Shown here: positions 27,390-36,771 of the stretch, one piece after another
Layout of the letters: each line of letters starts with the position of its first letter
Numbering within the stretch: the first letter of the stretch is position 1
Notes under the pieces: generated by a model
What the model saw: only the letters and a program-made list of their open reading frames with translations
The model's database searches: none
What the model was told of the DNA's origin: nothing
DNA from: Candidatus Dojkabacteria bacterium
GTDB lineage: Bacteria > Patescibacteriota > Dojkabacteria > J137
Assembly (NCBI GenBank): GCA_030950485.1
Contig: JAUZRK010000018.1
Span: 1 to 52,687 of the forward strand
DNA length: 52,687 bases
Direction: 5' to 3'
Made by a program: the position numbers and the translations under genes

Positions 27390-28529
27390 ATGATTACTGA
27401 TTTAGAAACAATATTTACAGCAATTATTGGGTCAATGCTTATTAGCTTTGCACTTGCATTTCCTATAATTTACTTGCTGTATAGATTTGGTATTAGACGA
27501 AACCATAGTTCTGACTACACTACGTTAATAGATTCTGTTAACTCAAAAACAGGGGTTCCTGTAATGGGAGGAATAATTGTAATTATTACAGTTGTATTTG
27601 TTAACTTAGTATTCAGTCCTTTTAGGAGTAATGACGGATTATTGCTACTTATATTTATATTCATTCTCTCAGCTATTTTAGGAGGTATTGATGATTATAT
27701 GAATATAAAAACTTTTAAAAGATCAAATCCTAGAGCTCTTTCAAGAACTATTTTACTAATGAAAGTTCACAAGAGTAAATTAACAAGAATAAAATTAATC
27801 CTTACATTCCCATGGGAGGTTTATAAAAGATTTTTCTTTATATTAGGTTCTAATCCAGGAAATGGAATTCAAGCTCACGAGAAAGTTTTAGTTCAAACAG
27901 TAACTGGACTAGCTCTAGGCTTTGGACTATTTTCATACTCACCTAGAGTTAATCCCGGAGAGTTTTGGGTACCAATATTTGATTTTAACTTAGACATAGG
28001 ATTTCTAATAATCCCATTTGCATTAATAACTGTTTTATTAATGACAAATGCTGTAAATATTTCTGATGGAATGGATGGTTTATCATCAAGTTTATTAATG
28101 CCTTCGTTTTTTGGATTCTTAATCATTGCAATTTTACAAGGAGATATGAGAGTTGCATTTTTAATTGCAACAGTTATCGGTTCACTAACTAGTTATCTTT
28201 ATTTCAACATACCACCTGCAAGATTTGAAATGGGTGATGTAGGCTCACTTGCGCTTGGCTCATTGCTGGCGGGAGTAGCTTTTATTCTAGAACAACCTTT
28301 AATGCTTTTGATAATGGCTTTTCCTTTTGTAATAACCCTACTCTCTTCTGTAATTCAAGGCTTAGGTAGAAGGTTACTTGGAAGGAGAATTTTTAGAATG
28401 GCTCCACTTCATTATCATCTTCAGATGAAACATAATTGGAGTGAGGAAAAAGTAGTAATGAGGTTAGCTCTTTTAGGCTTTGTAAGTGTGATGGTAGGTC
28501 TATGGATTTATATCGGACAGGGACTGTAA
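27390..28529 (+). CDS. mraY: Phospho-N-acetylmuramoyl-pentapeptide transferase
   Basis: NAVNISDGMDGL, FEMGDVGSLALG and MAPLHYHLQMKHNWSEEKVV (the PxHHH-type motif). 10 or so TM helices. Tandem TAA TAA stop. Confidence 0.9.
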   Translation: MITDLETIFTAIIGSMLISFALAFPIIYLLYRFGIRRNHSSDYTTLIDSVNSKTGVPVMGGIIVIITVVFVNLVFSPFRSNDGLLLLIFIFILSAILGGIDDYMNIKTFKRSNPRALSRTILLMKVHKSKLTRIKLILTFPWEVYKRFFFILGSNPGNGIQAHEKVLVQTVTGLALGFGLFSYSPRVNPGEFWVPIFDFNLDIGFLIIPFALITVLLMTNAVNISDGMDGLSSSLLMPSFFGFLIIAILQGDMRVAFLIATVIGSLTSYLYFNIPPARFEMGDVGSLALGSLLAGVAFILEQPLMLLIMAFPFVITLLSSVIQGLGRRLLGRRIFRMAPLHYHLQMKHNWSEEKVVMRLALLGFVSVMVGLWIYIGQGL

Positions 28530-28680
28530 TAATCAAGTTATGGCTTACAGGACTGTGATCCTCTGAACTTGATTCAGAGATAACTCTGTAGAGAAGTATG
28601 TAGGTGGAGGTCAGTAGTAAGTAGATATTGGGAATTCATTTGACTTCTGTTTTTAGACTTTTGATTCTATTAGAGTATTT

Positions 28681-28708
28681 CCCCCTCCTGGGAGGGGTAA
28701 GGGGAGGG
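28681..28708. repeat. GC-rich palindromic repeat (family 3)
   Basis: ccccctcctgggaggggtaaggggaggg. Its reverse complement closely matches 50317-50348 (ccctcaccttagccctctcccaggagagggag). Confidence 0.7.
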
Positions 28709-28772
28709 ATTGTAGCGATGATTGAAAATTAAAGAAATGAATGATATTAATTTCTAATAAATTAATTCAAAT

Positions 28773-29360
28773 ATGAAAAATAAATTAATAAATAAAAAAA
28801 TAATCATTTCTCTTTTAACTTTGATATTACTATCGGCTGTACTTGTATTCTATATTCTGACTTCTCAAGAGGGAAACATTAAAGATAAATCTACTAACTC
28901 AGTCAATACTACTTCAAATGAATCAAACGATAATATAGTTTCAGAATTTCTAAAAACAAGACCTCGGTCAATTGACGGACTAGCTATGGAACCTACTTTG
29001 AAAAGTGGAGAAATCTATAATTTCAAACTATTGTTACCTGACGAGAAATTAAAAAGAGATGACATAGTTATATATTATTCGAAGGATTTATTAGTAGAAC
29101 TAGTTCATAGAATAATTGGCTTACCTGGCGAAACAATAGAGCTAGATGGAGATAAGATAATAATAGATGGTAAATTATATAAAGAAAGCTATGAGGTAAC
29201 TCAGTCTATTGATTTAGAGTTTGAGTTTACTGATGAAAAAGAGTTTACTCTAGGCTTAGATGAATACTTTTTAGTTGGAGATAATAGAAATTTATCCTAC
29301 GATTCTAGAATTGTAGGGGCTATTAAAAGAGAGCAAATCAGTTCAATCCTGAAGGATTAA
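28773..29360 (+). CDS. Signal peptidase I homologue lacking the catalytic Ser and Lys
   Basis: N-terminal TM anchor. Box B reads DGLAMEPTL (consensus G-x-S-M-x-P-T-L). Box D reads LVHRIIGLPGETIE (consensus KRxxGLPGD). Box E VGDNRNLSYDSR is conserved. Confidence 0.75.
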   Translation: MKNKLINKKIIISLLTLILLSAVLVFYILTSQEGNIKDKSTNSVNTTSNESNDNIVSEFLKTRPRSIDGLAMEPTLKSGEIYNFKLLLPDEKLKRDDIVIYYSKDLLVELVHRIIGLPGETIELDGDKIIIDGKLYKESYEVTQSIDLEFEFTDEKEFTLGLDEYFLVGDNRNLSYDSRIVGAIKREQISSILKD

Positions 29361-29410
29361 TTTCAAAGTGGTATAATTCGTTAAGTATTTCACTTTAAAA
29401 TATCAAAATC

Positions 29411-29953
29411 ATGATTTCAGAAATTGCAGAAATAGGAAATTCAGTTTTAAGAGAGAAATCTCTTGAAATTACTAACTTAAATGATCCAGTTATAAAAGAA
29501 TTAGATAAAAGTTTAAAAGATACTTTGTTCTACACACTTTATGGAATTGGATTAGCTGCTCCACAAATTTTTCAAAATAAAAGGGCATTTGTAATTGCTT
29601 TGAGAAAAACACCTACTAGACCAGATACAGAAGCCTTTGGTCCTGTAGTTATGTTAAATCCTGAAATTGTAAGCGAAACAGGTGCTAAGAAAAAAATGAT
29701 GGAAGGTTGCTTAAGTATTGGTAATATTTATGGAGAAGTAGAAAGACGTTCAAAAGTGAAAGTGAAATGGTACGACACAGAAGGTAAAGAAAATACTGAA
29801 GAATTTACAGGTCTTTTAGGTAGAGTTATTCAACACGAATATGATCATCTTGAGGGAATCCTTTTTACAGATCTTGCCGATCCTAAAAGTTTAATGAGTG
29901 AAAGAGAATATAGATTAATGATAGAAAAGAAGAAAGCTCCAAAAAAAGATTAG
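29411..29953 (+). CDS. def: Peptide deformylase
   Basis: All three motifs are present: GIGLAAPQI, EGCLSI and QHEYDHLEG. Confidence 0.9.
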   Translation: MISEIAEIGNSVLREKSLEITNLNDPVIKELDKSLKDTLFYTLYGIGLAAPQIFQNKRAFVIALRKTPTRPDTEAFGPVVMLNPEIVSETGAKKKMMEGCLSIGNIYGEVERRSKVKVKWYDTEGKENTEEFTGLLGRVIQHEYDHLEGILFTDLADPKSLMSEREYRLMIEKKKAPKKD

Positions 29954-29956
29954 GCT

Positions 29957-31036
29957 ATGGATAGCTTTGATAATAATCATAAAGAATTAGAAGATGGTTT
30001 AAGAGATGAAGAGGCTACTATAGAAGAATACTATGCCACCTTACCACAAAGATTAGAAAATCTCATAAATAGATTTGAAGTTAATCAAGGCCATCCAATA
30101 TTTCAAGAGGTTAATGAACATGTTCTACCTTCTATTATTGCTTCAAAAAAAAACTTTGAAGAGTACTTCAAAGAAGTGAATTGTGATTTAGCAGACTTAG
30201 AAAAATTTGGAATTGTAAAAGTCACCTTAGATGAGGAAACAGGATTAATAGCTATTTTAAATTATAATGTAGCCGGTTATACAAGGATTAACATTTCACG
30301 ACCAGCAGGAATAACTATTTATCAAGAGGGAATAGGATATATACAATTACATGATTTGCTACCGACTCAATTCACCCTGATAGAAAGCGATTCAAATAGC
30401 TTAGATATTACTTATAAGTATATATACTTCGAACCTATACACAGTTTAGGTTTAGCTCAAAACGGCGCACATAGTATTTATAACTTTACATCTAGAAATA
30501 GAGCTATCGCAGGAAGTTTAGCTGGAATTTTAGAAGAATTGATTCATTCAAAGCAAGGAATCAGTGAAAAATTAAGTAGAGATCCAATAAAAGTATTTCA
30601 GTTAGAAAAAGAGGCTAAAGTGGCTGTATTTAAGTTGCTTAAAAAATTTAGGTCGAATGGATTAGATATAACTCCGGGGTTAAGTGAGGGACAGCTAGTT
30701 ACTATGATAGAGATATCTTTACTTAGAAAGTCTCCACAATTGATTAGTCTGGACTATCCTCTTGTTGGGGATTTTTATGATGATTTTGAGTCTGCTGAAA
30801 CAAAAGAAAGAAGGATTAGGATTGTTAAGAAACATTATACTGAGGAAGAACTTAGAGAAGTTCTAGGCCCGACTTCTATTGAAGAACATAGTGAATTATA
30901 TAAAAATGATGCAGAAATTAGAGATAAATTTGTACAAATGAGAGCGCACTATGAAAAAAGTGTTAACAGAATCGAGGCTAAGATTAAGATAGAATCTGTG
31001 AGGAGATTTGACCTACAAGAGAAAGATAGATGGTGA
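29957..31036 (+). CDS. Hypothetical protein (frame remains open past its TGA)
   Basis: 359 aa with no recognised motif. After the TGA at 31034-31036 the same frame continues for 52 codons to the TAA at 31193-31195. Confidence 0.55.
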   Translation: MDSFDNNHKELEDGLRDEEATIEEYYATLPQRLENLINRFEVNQGHPIFQEVNEHVLPSIIASKKNFEEYFKEVNCDLADLEKFGIVKVTLDEETGLIAILNYNVAGYTRINISRPAGITIYQEGIGYIQLHDLLPTQFTLIESDSNSLDITYKYIYFEPIHSLGLAQNGAHSIYNFTSRNRAIAGSLAGILEELIHSKQGISEKLSRDPIKVFQLEKEAKVAVFKLLKKFRSNGLDITPGLSEGQLVTMIEISLLRKSPQLISLDYPLVGDFYDDFESAETKERRIRIVKKHYTEEELREVLGPTSIEEHSELYKNDAEIRDKFVQMRAHYEKSVNRIEAKIKIESVRRFDLQEKDRW

Positions 31037-31191
31037 GTTTTTGGAGTCGATATTAACTTAAGACAGGTAGAATATTTAAGTTTGAAGGAATTTGAGACTC
31101 AAATTAGGGGCGAATTAGATTTAGATGAGATACGGATGTATAACGGATTAATGAGATATGATAATCTTTTACATAAAATATCAGAAATTAA

Positions 31192-31641
31192 TTAATCTGA
31201 TAGCCTTTTTAACTCAGCTTCAACCTCTTCTAAAGAATCAAACTCTTTATAAACTGCGGCAAACAATAGCGCTCCTAGTTTATCAATAGCGTTTAATTTT
31301 TTTAGTACTAGATTACCAATAGTTACAGATTTAACTGCATCTGTATCCATTCCCATTAATTCCTGCTCAATCTCATCTATAAGCTCATCTAATTTCTCTT
31401 CAGGAATATTTCTTTTCTTTACAGCTTTTAGAATTCCTAACTTTAACTTCTCTCGATTAAATTCTTCAGTTTTCCCATTACGTTTACAAATATTTAAAAG
31501 TACTTTTTCTATTCGTTCATATGTAGTAAATCTTTTATTACAATCTTCACACTCTCTTCTTCTTCGAATAGAGTTTGTCACATCATTATCTCTTTTATCA
31601 ACTACTCTTGTATTTTTTGATTTGCAGTAAGGGCAATACAT
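31192..31641 (-). CDS. nrdR: Transcriptional repressor NrdR
   Basis: MYCPYCKSKNTRVVDKR...RRRECEDCNKRFTTYERIE zinc ribbon followed by an ATP-cone. The ATG at 31641 is preferred over the TTG at 31659. Confidence 0.9.
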   Translation of the reverse strand: MYCPYCKSKNTRVVDKRDNDVTNSIRRRRECEDCNKRFTTYERIEKVLLNICKRNGKTEEFNREKLKLGILKAVKKRNIPEEKLDELIDEIEQELMGMDTDAVKSVTIGNLVLKKLNAIDKLGALLFAAVYKEFDSLEEVEAELKRLSD

Positions 31642-31778
31642 ACTGTAATTTATGCTCAATAATAGTCATATTATAGCTGTATATTGATGATAGAGCAAAT
31701 ATCAAAAAAATATATTACTGTTGCCAAAAATAAGTGACGATGATATAATTACTATAGATAAATTTTTATAAAATACTT

Positions 31779-32281
31779 ATGTCAAATATAAGTAACTTGG
31801 GTAGTAGTGAGGCTGTACATGTTGATGTAGCTATAGGAGATGATTCTGAAGTTAAACAAGAAGTATTTGATTTAGATTCTGAGTTTTTTAAAGCTGAGCA
31901 ATTTGAAGGTGCTTTAATAGTTTTTAATAAACAAGCTCAGGTTGAGCTTTATAACGGTAATGAAACTGTAGTAACTAGAAATGATTGGGCTAGAGCATTT
32001 AATGTTTTTTTCCTGAAAAGAATGGCGTCTTACCATCGTCAGTAGATGAGGCAAATGAAATGATGAGAACACTAAAAGTAATTCAAGCTAGTACATTAGA
32101 TATCATGCTAGATAGTGATTTGATTTTTAAGTTAGATTCTGAAGTAGATACACCTCAATATAAATCTACTTATATAAAGGAAATAGCAGGAACAAAAAAT
32201 TATTTTGCTAATACTTTAATTGATAAACTAAAAGAGTATACAGAACACGGTAATTGGCTTACGGTAGAGTTTGAGTTTTAA
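31779..32281 (+). pseudogene. Hypothetical gene split by a frameshift at a T7 run
   Basis: The frame of ORF 32060..32281 is open upstream to 32003 (..FFPEKNGVLPSSVDEANEMMRTLK..) and meets ORF 31779..32045 exactly at the T7 run 32005-32011. Confidence 0.55.
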
Positions 32282-32308
32282 GTAGAATTTAGTCATTTTA
32301 ATATTTGA

Positions 32309-32344
32309 AGAAGTATTACTGCAAAGTAATACTTCTTATTTTTT
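32309..32344 (+). terminator. Rho-independent terminator
   Basis: aagaagtattact / gcaa / agtaatacttctt (13-bp perfect stem) followed by attttt. Confidence 0.85.
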
Positions 32345-32366
32345 CTAAGATCATGATATTATTATT

Positions 32367-33854
32367 GTGATGAAGAACTTAAAAGAAAAACAAAAATGGT
32401 TTCATGCAACGGGAGTTTGTGGACATGCAACTGCTGCAGTTACAAAGATGTTTAAAGATATGGGCTGGTTTACTACTGGTTCTGACATCTCTTTTAACCC
32501 GCCTGCGGTAGATATTTTAGATGATGCAGGAATTCATTACATAGAAGGATATCACTATACTCACTTAACTAAAGAATTCTGGGAAAAAGAGCTAAGTACA
32601 GAATTAAATATTAATGATAAACCTGATCTTGCGCTTATAGTTGAATCAGCAACCTCTAAGAATAATGAATATAGATATGCCAAAATTAATAAGATAGATA
32701 TGCGCCCCTACTCCCAAATATTAGGAGAGTATTTAATTAAAGATAATTCAATAGTTGTTGCAGGGTCAGCTGGTAAGACAAGCACTACAAGCTTGATAGA
32801 GTTCCTTCTAGAAAAATTAGATTTGGATCCAAGCTACATGATTGGAGGGACTATGGTTGATAATCCTGAGAGAGTAAGAAATACTGATTCAAAATGGTCA
32901 GTTATTGAAGGAGATGAATACCATAATATTAAATTAGCAAATGGAGCTAAATTTTTAGAATATAAACCCGACTATGTAATCATTACAAATATAGGGTATG
33001 AACATTTTGATATTTTTCCAACAAAGGAAAATTATATCGAGGAGTTTGGAAAATTGAAAAATGTTATTTCTAAAAAAGGATTCTTTATTGTAAAAAATAA
33101 TGATGAAAATATTGAAAAGGCCTTAGAAGGGAGTCAAAATAAAATCATTAGATATGGCAAAAAAGGAGAAGTTAGCGATTACCAATATGAAACTTCAATA
33201 ACAAAAGAAGGTTTAAGTAGTTTTAAGCTATTCAAAGATAACGAATTGAAAATTGAGGGTGAGACTAAATTGATGGGAACTTACAATATTGAAAACATGT
33301 TGGCTGCATATGCTCTATTGGATAATTTATCATTAATTGGAAAACTAGAAACACAAGAGGATGAACTAATATCATTTTTGAAAGAAAATCTACCTAAGTT
33401 TAATGGAATTGAAAAACGATTACAGATATTAAATTCTACAGAAAATTTTATAGTTATTGATGACTACGGAGTTGCCCCCTCAAGGGCTATAAATTCAATT
33501 AATACACTAAGAGAATATTACCCAGAATTTAAGGTAACTGCTATTTTTGAGCCTAATAGTGGAAGTAGAACTAAAGATAAGAAGCTTTTTATGGATTCTT
33601 ATAAAGGAGTTTTCTCTAATGTAGATGAAGTCATTATCCCTACTCTTTCAACAGCAAAAGATGAATTTGCTGGAGTTGATGAATTTATGAGTTGGTTTAA
33701 CGAACTAGGTTTTAATTCTATTCATATTGCCTCTGAAGATATACTGAACTATCTTCAAAATAAATTCAAAGATAAGAAAGAAAAACCCCTTATAGTTTTC
33801 TTTAGTGCAAATCGCCTAACTCAAGTCGCACATGATTTTTCAAACTGGATTTAA
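32367..33854 (+). CDS. Mur ligase family protein (MurC/Mpl-like)
   Basis: N-terminal Rossmann-like HATGVCGHATAAVTKMFKDMGWFTTGSDISFNPPAVDILDDAGI resembles Mpl/MurC. P-loop VAGSAGKTSTTSL. The central and C-terminal Mur ligase domains are present. Confidence 0.7.
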   Translation: MMKNLKEKQKWFHATGVCGHATAAVTKMFKDMGWFTTGSDISFNPPAVDILDDAGIHYIEGYHYTHLTKEFWEKELSTELNINDKPDLALIVESATSKNNEYRYAKINKIDMRPYSQILGEYLIKDNSIVVAGSAGKTSTTSLIEFLLEKLDLDPSYMIGGTMVDNPERVRNTDSKWSVIEGDEYHNIKLANGAKFLEYKPDYVIITNIGYEHFDIFPTKENYIEEFGKLKNVISKKGFFIVKNNDENIEKALEGSQNKIIRYGKKGEVSDYQYETSITKEGLSSFKLFKDNELKIEGETKLMGTYNIENMLAAYALLDNLSLIGKLETQEDELISFLKENLPKFNGIEKRLQILNSTENFIVIDDYGVAPSRAINSINTLREYYPEFKVTAIFEPNSGSRTKDKKLFMDSYKGVFSNVDEVIIPTLSTAKDEFAGVDEFMSWFNELGFNSIHIASEDILNYLQNKFKDKKEKPLIVFFSANRLTQVAHDFSNWI

Positions 33855-33906
33855 TTTTTTTTATTAGTAATGTAAACGCATAGAATTATTTGCGCCTAGC
33901 TGAAAG

Positions 33907-34587
33907 ATGAGTTTTCTAAAAGATATAATAAATGATTTAAAACTTATAAGAAAAAAACTACCCGAAGAGGCAAAGTTAGAGATACCATTTTTTTCAAAAG
34001 ATGAGGAATACGAAAGGAAATTCTTAGGATTTCTTTTTGACGATAAACATATGACTAATTGGGAGTGGAGATGGATTGGATTAAAGAATAAACGAGAATA
34101 CTTACATCTGATGGACGCTTCTTGTGGAATGGTTTGTTTGAAATCTATTCTGATGAAAATAGAGAATAAGGAACATTCTGTTATAAAACTTATGCAAGAG
34201 TCTAAAAATTATGGAACATATAATTTTGAAGAATTAGATAAAGGAATGTTTTACGAACCATTTGTTTTATTTATAAAAGATAAATTCAATCTAGATTCGA
34301 GAATATATCAGTACTTAAGTTTAAAGAGATTGAAGTATGAGTTAAGTCTAGGAAACTTTATTATTGCTTCAGTTCATCCCTATATTAGTAGACCGGTAAT
34401 TAATGATAAGAATACACTAAAGGGAGGTCATCTAATTTTAATCACTGCTTACTCAGATAAATATAAAACAATTTCAATTCATAACTCTGATGGAATTCTA
34501 AATCTCTCTGATAAAAATTTCACTATTAGTTATAAAATGTTTTTTAAATATTTTGCAAAGAGGGGAATAATAGTGAGTAGTAAGTAG
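33907..34587 (+). CDS. Papain-like (peptidase C39-like) domain protein
   Basis: Candidate nucleophile in DASCGMVCLKSIL, candidate His in KGGHLILITAYSD, then IHNSDG. The spacing fits C39-like cysteine peptidases. Ends TAG TAA inside a heptamer repeat. Confidence 0.4.
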   Translation: MSFLKDIINDLKLIRKKLPEEAKLEIPFFSKDEEYERKFLGFLFDDKHMTNWEWRWIGLKNKREYLHLMDASCGMVCLKSILMKIENKEHSVIKLMQESKNYGTYNFEELDKGMFYEPFVLFIKDKFNLDSRIYQYLSLKRLKYELSLGNFIIASVHPYISRPVINDKNTLKGGHLILITAYSDKYKTISIHNSDGILNLSDKNFTISYKMFFKYFAKRGIIVSSK

Positions 34588-34690
34588 TAAGTAGTAAGTA
34601 GGTTGTAGTGGTTAGTGGCAAGTGAGTAATTGATATTTCACCTCTGACTTTTTACTTCTGATTTTTTTACTCTTTACTTCCCTTCCATTT
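34573..34690. repeat. 7-nt-periodic imperfect palindrome ((gtagtaa)n arm plus (nnnttac)n arm)
   Basis: gtagtaa gtagtaa gtagtaa gtaggtt gtagtgg ttagtgg caagtga gtaattg ... acctctg acttttt acttctg attttttt actcttt acttccc. The right arm is approximately the reverse complement of the left. Confidence 0.7.
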
Positions 34691-34944
34691 TCTTATAAAT
34701 TATTTTAAGGATCATTTAAAAAGTATTTCCATGGAATAGGTGATAGTTAGAAAGTTGCTTTTCTAGAATTTAACTTATCTATCTTTGATCTTATTATAGA
34801 TTGCACTTTTTAACCTGACCGCGGCTGATTTTAGATGGAAATCTCTGGAATATATAGATATAAATAGTTTTTTAATTTATAGTCGGCTTAGAAATGATTC
34901 TATAGATCTAAAAGTTTCGCTTAACCCATAGGTCAGAAAACAGT

Positions 34945-34977
34945 ATGCTTCATCGTATTTACGTGTGAAGCATTTTT
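34945..34977 (+). terminator. Intrinsic terminator inside a 550-nt gene-free region
   Basis: atgcttca / tcgtatttacgtg / tgaagcat followed by tttt. No protein-coding ORF ends upstream of it. Confidence 0.6.
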
Positions 34978-35080
34978 CAAATTTAGGGGCTAAAAATATT
35001 TCTTCTGTTTCACAATACTTTCAAAATTTAAAACTAAATATAACTATTTCTTGAAAGTTACTACCGCATCACTTAGAATA

Positions 35081-35107
35081 AAAACAGTAGAAATAAGTAC
35101 TGTTTTT
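35081..35107. terminator. Second hairpin terminator (A-run/stem/T-run, possibly bidirectional)
   Basis: aaaacagta / gaaataag / tactgtttt, then t. Confidence 0.5.
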
Positions 35108-35136
35108 ACTATTAGCTAACTTAGATATACCTTGGA

Positions 35137-36099
35137 ATGAGTGGATTAATTACAGTAAAAGATATTTTAGTAGGATACGATGTTACTGCTCCGGCGGAAA
35201 AAGAGTATGAATCTAAAACTAAAAGAAGAGCTTCGCATGAGTTTCAAGCTTATGCATATAAACTTGCCCACGATCTAAACCATCTAGAGAATCTTAAAAT
35301 CTATATGCGTTTAGTAAAAATTACAGATAGATCACTACTTGAAAGAGTATATTCTTTTGTTGCTGATTCTAATTCTGATCATAAAGGACCTCTTTTTCTT
35401 TGGAAACTGAAGCAAATTAAGAAAGAGATAAAAGTAAAAAAACATAAGAAAAACTTTGATTATGATTTCGTTACAAAGAATATGCGTAGTATTAGAAATA
35501 GTCTTTATTCTCAGATTCTGAAAAACGGGAATAAACTAAATGAGAACGAGATGATTAATATTTTTACTTCTAAACTTGATATTAAATTATCAAAATTTAG
35601 AAAGTCTAAGAGGATACTTTTTTTAGGTAACTGCTCTACTCTTTTAAATGAGATGTGTGATGACCTTGGGCTAAATGTATATGGATTAGATATTTCACCA
35701 AAACTAACTGCAGCTATTAAAGAGAGTTGTAAAATTACTCCAAAATCGCACCATATTACTAAAGATTTTTTAACCAATAAATATAAAAGTGAGTACTTTG
35801 AATACGTTATGATAAGTCAACTTTGGTCATTAGTACCTATTGAAAGTGAAAATATTTACTTAAAAGAATTAAATAGAATAATTAAAAAAGGATCTTCGTT
35901 AGTTATTGAGTACAAAGAAAATTTCACTAAATGTGAACAAAAATGGAAAGAAATAATGATAGAAGGAAAAGAAGAACTATCTTTCTTAAAGAGAAACAAC
36001 TCAGCAGACCTAATCGAAAAGGTGAAGAAGGAAGGCTTTGAGTTAGAAGATTTAATCCAAACTCCTAGATACAGCTACTTAATCCTTAAGAAAAAATAA
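35137..36099 (+). CDS. Two-domain protein with a C-terminal class I SAM-dependent methyltransferase fold
   Basis: Motif I-like RILFLGNCSTLLNEMCDDLGLNVYGLDISPKL and a post-I acidic residue. Later KKGSSLVIEY. The N-terminal 150 or so aa are unassigned. Confidence 0.5.
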   Translation: MSGLITVKDILVGYDVTAPAEKEYESKTKRRASHEFQAYAYKLAHDLNHLENLKIYMRLVKITDRSLLERVYSFVADSNSDHKGPLFLWKLKQIKKEIKVKKHKKNFDYDFVTKNMRSIRNSLYSQILKNGNKLNENEMINIFTSKLDIKLSKFRKSKRILFLGNCSTLLNEMCDDLGLNVYGLDISPKLTAAIKESCKITPKSHHITKDFLTNKYKSEYFEYVMISQLWSLVPIESENIYLKELNRIIKKGSSLVIEYKENFTKCEQKWKEIMIEGKEELSFLKRNNSADLIEKVKKEGFELEDLIQTPRYSYLILKKK

Positions 36100-36159
36100 C
36101 TGCTCAATTTGTTTTGAGTGACTTTCAGTTCAATCTTCGGCTACAATACTTACATTAAA

Positions 36160-36768
36160 ATGAATTATATGAAAGAAATCGAAATTTGGTCAGAAATAGA
36201 GGCTGACATTTATCATACTAAAATTAAAGAATTTAATGAGAAGTTTGGTCAGCCAAAAACAAAGAGGAGACTATCTTTTAGATTCGGTTTTAATAGTGAT
36301 TACGTGACCAATACGAGAATTCGAATCACGAATGGTTATGCTGAGATTATGCACAAGACTGGAAGTAATCAAAAGACATTTGTACGAAATGAAACTGAAT
36401 ATGCTATTGATAATGAGCCAAATAGCATTTTAAAAATGGTGAATTTTTTTCGAAATATTCTTAAAGCTTCGGATGAAACACATTTTTATTTAATTCAATT
36501 CGAAAACTCAATTTGGGATATAGGTGATTATGAAATTAAACTTACCCATTAAATAGGAAATCAAAATATCTATAGTTTTGAAATTGAGCTACAAACTGAA
36601 GAGATGAACGAGGCTAACTTAGAGTCTTTAGCCTTAGATCTAGGACTTCCTATTAAAGATGAGATAAGAGACAATGCTTTCTGGAAGAAATTTAATGAAA
36701 GGGTTAATATTGATGTTAAAGAATGGAGTGATGAAAAAATATTAGAGATCTTATCAAAATATCTCTAA
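36160..36768 (+). CDS. CYTH (triphosphate tunnel metalloenzyme) domain protein interrupted by an in-frame TAA at 36550-36552
   Basis: N-terminal KEIEIWSEIE (ExExK-like), NTRIRITNGYAEIMHKTGS, RNETEYAID. After ..DYEIKLTH-TAA the same frame continues for 71 codons: IGNQNIYSFEIELQTEE... This supplies the C-terminal EIE strand of the CYTH tunnel. Confidence 0.6.
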
Positions 36769-36771
36769 TAC

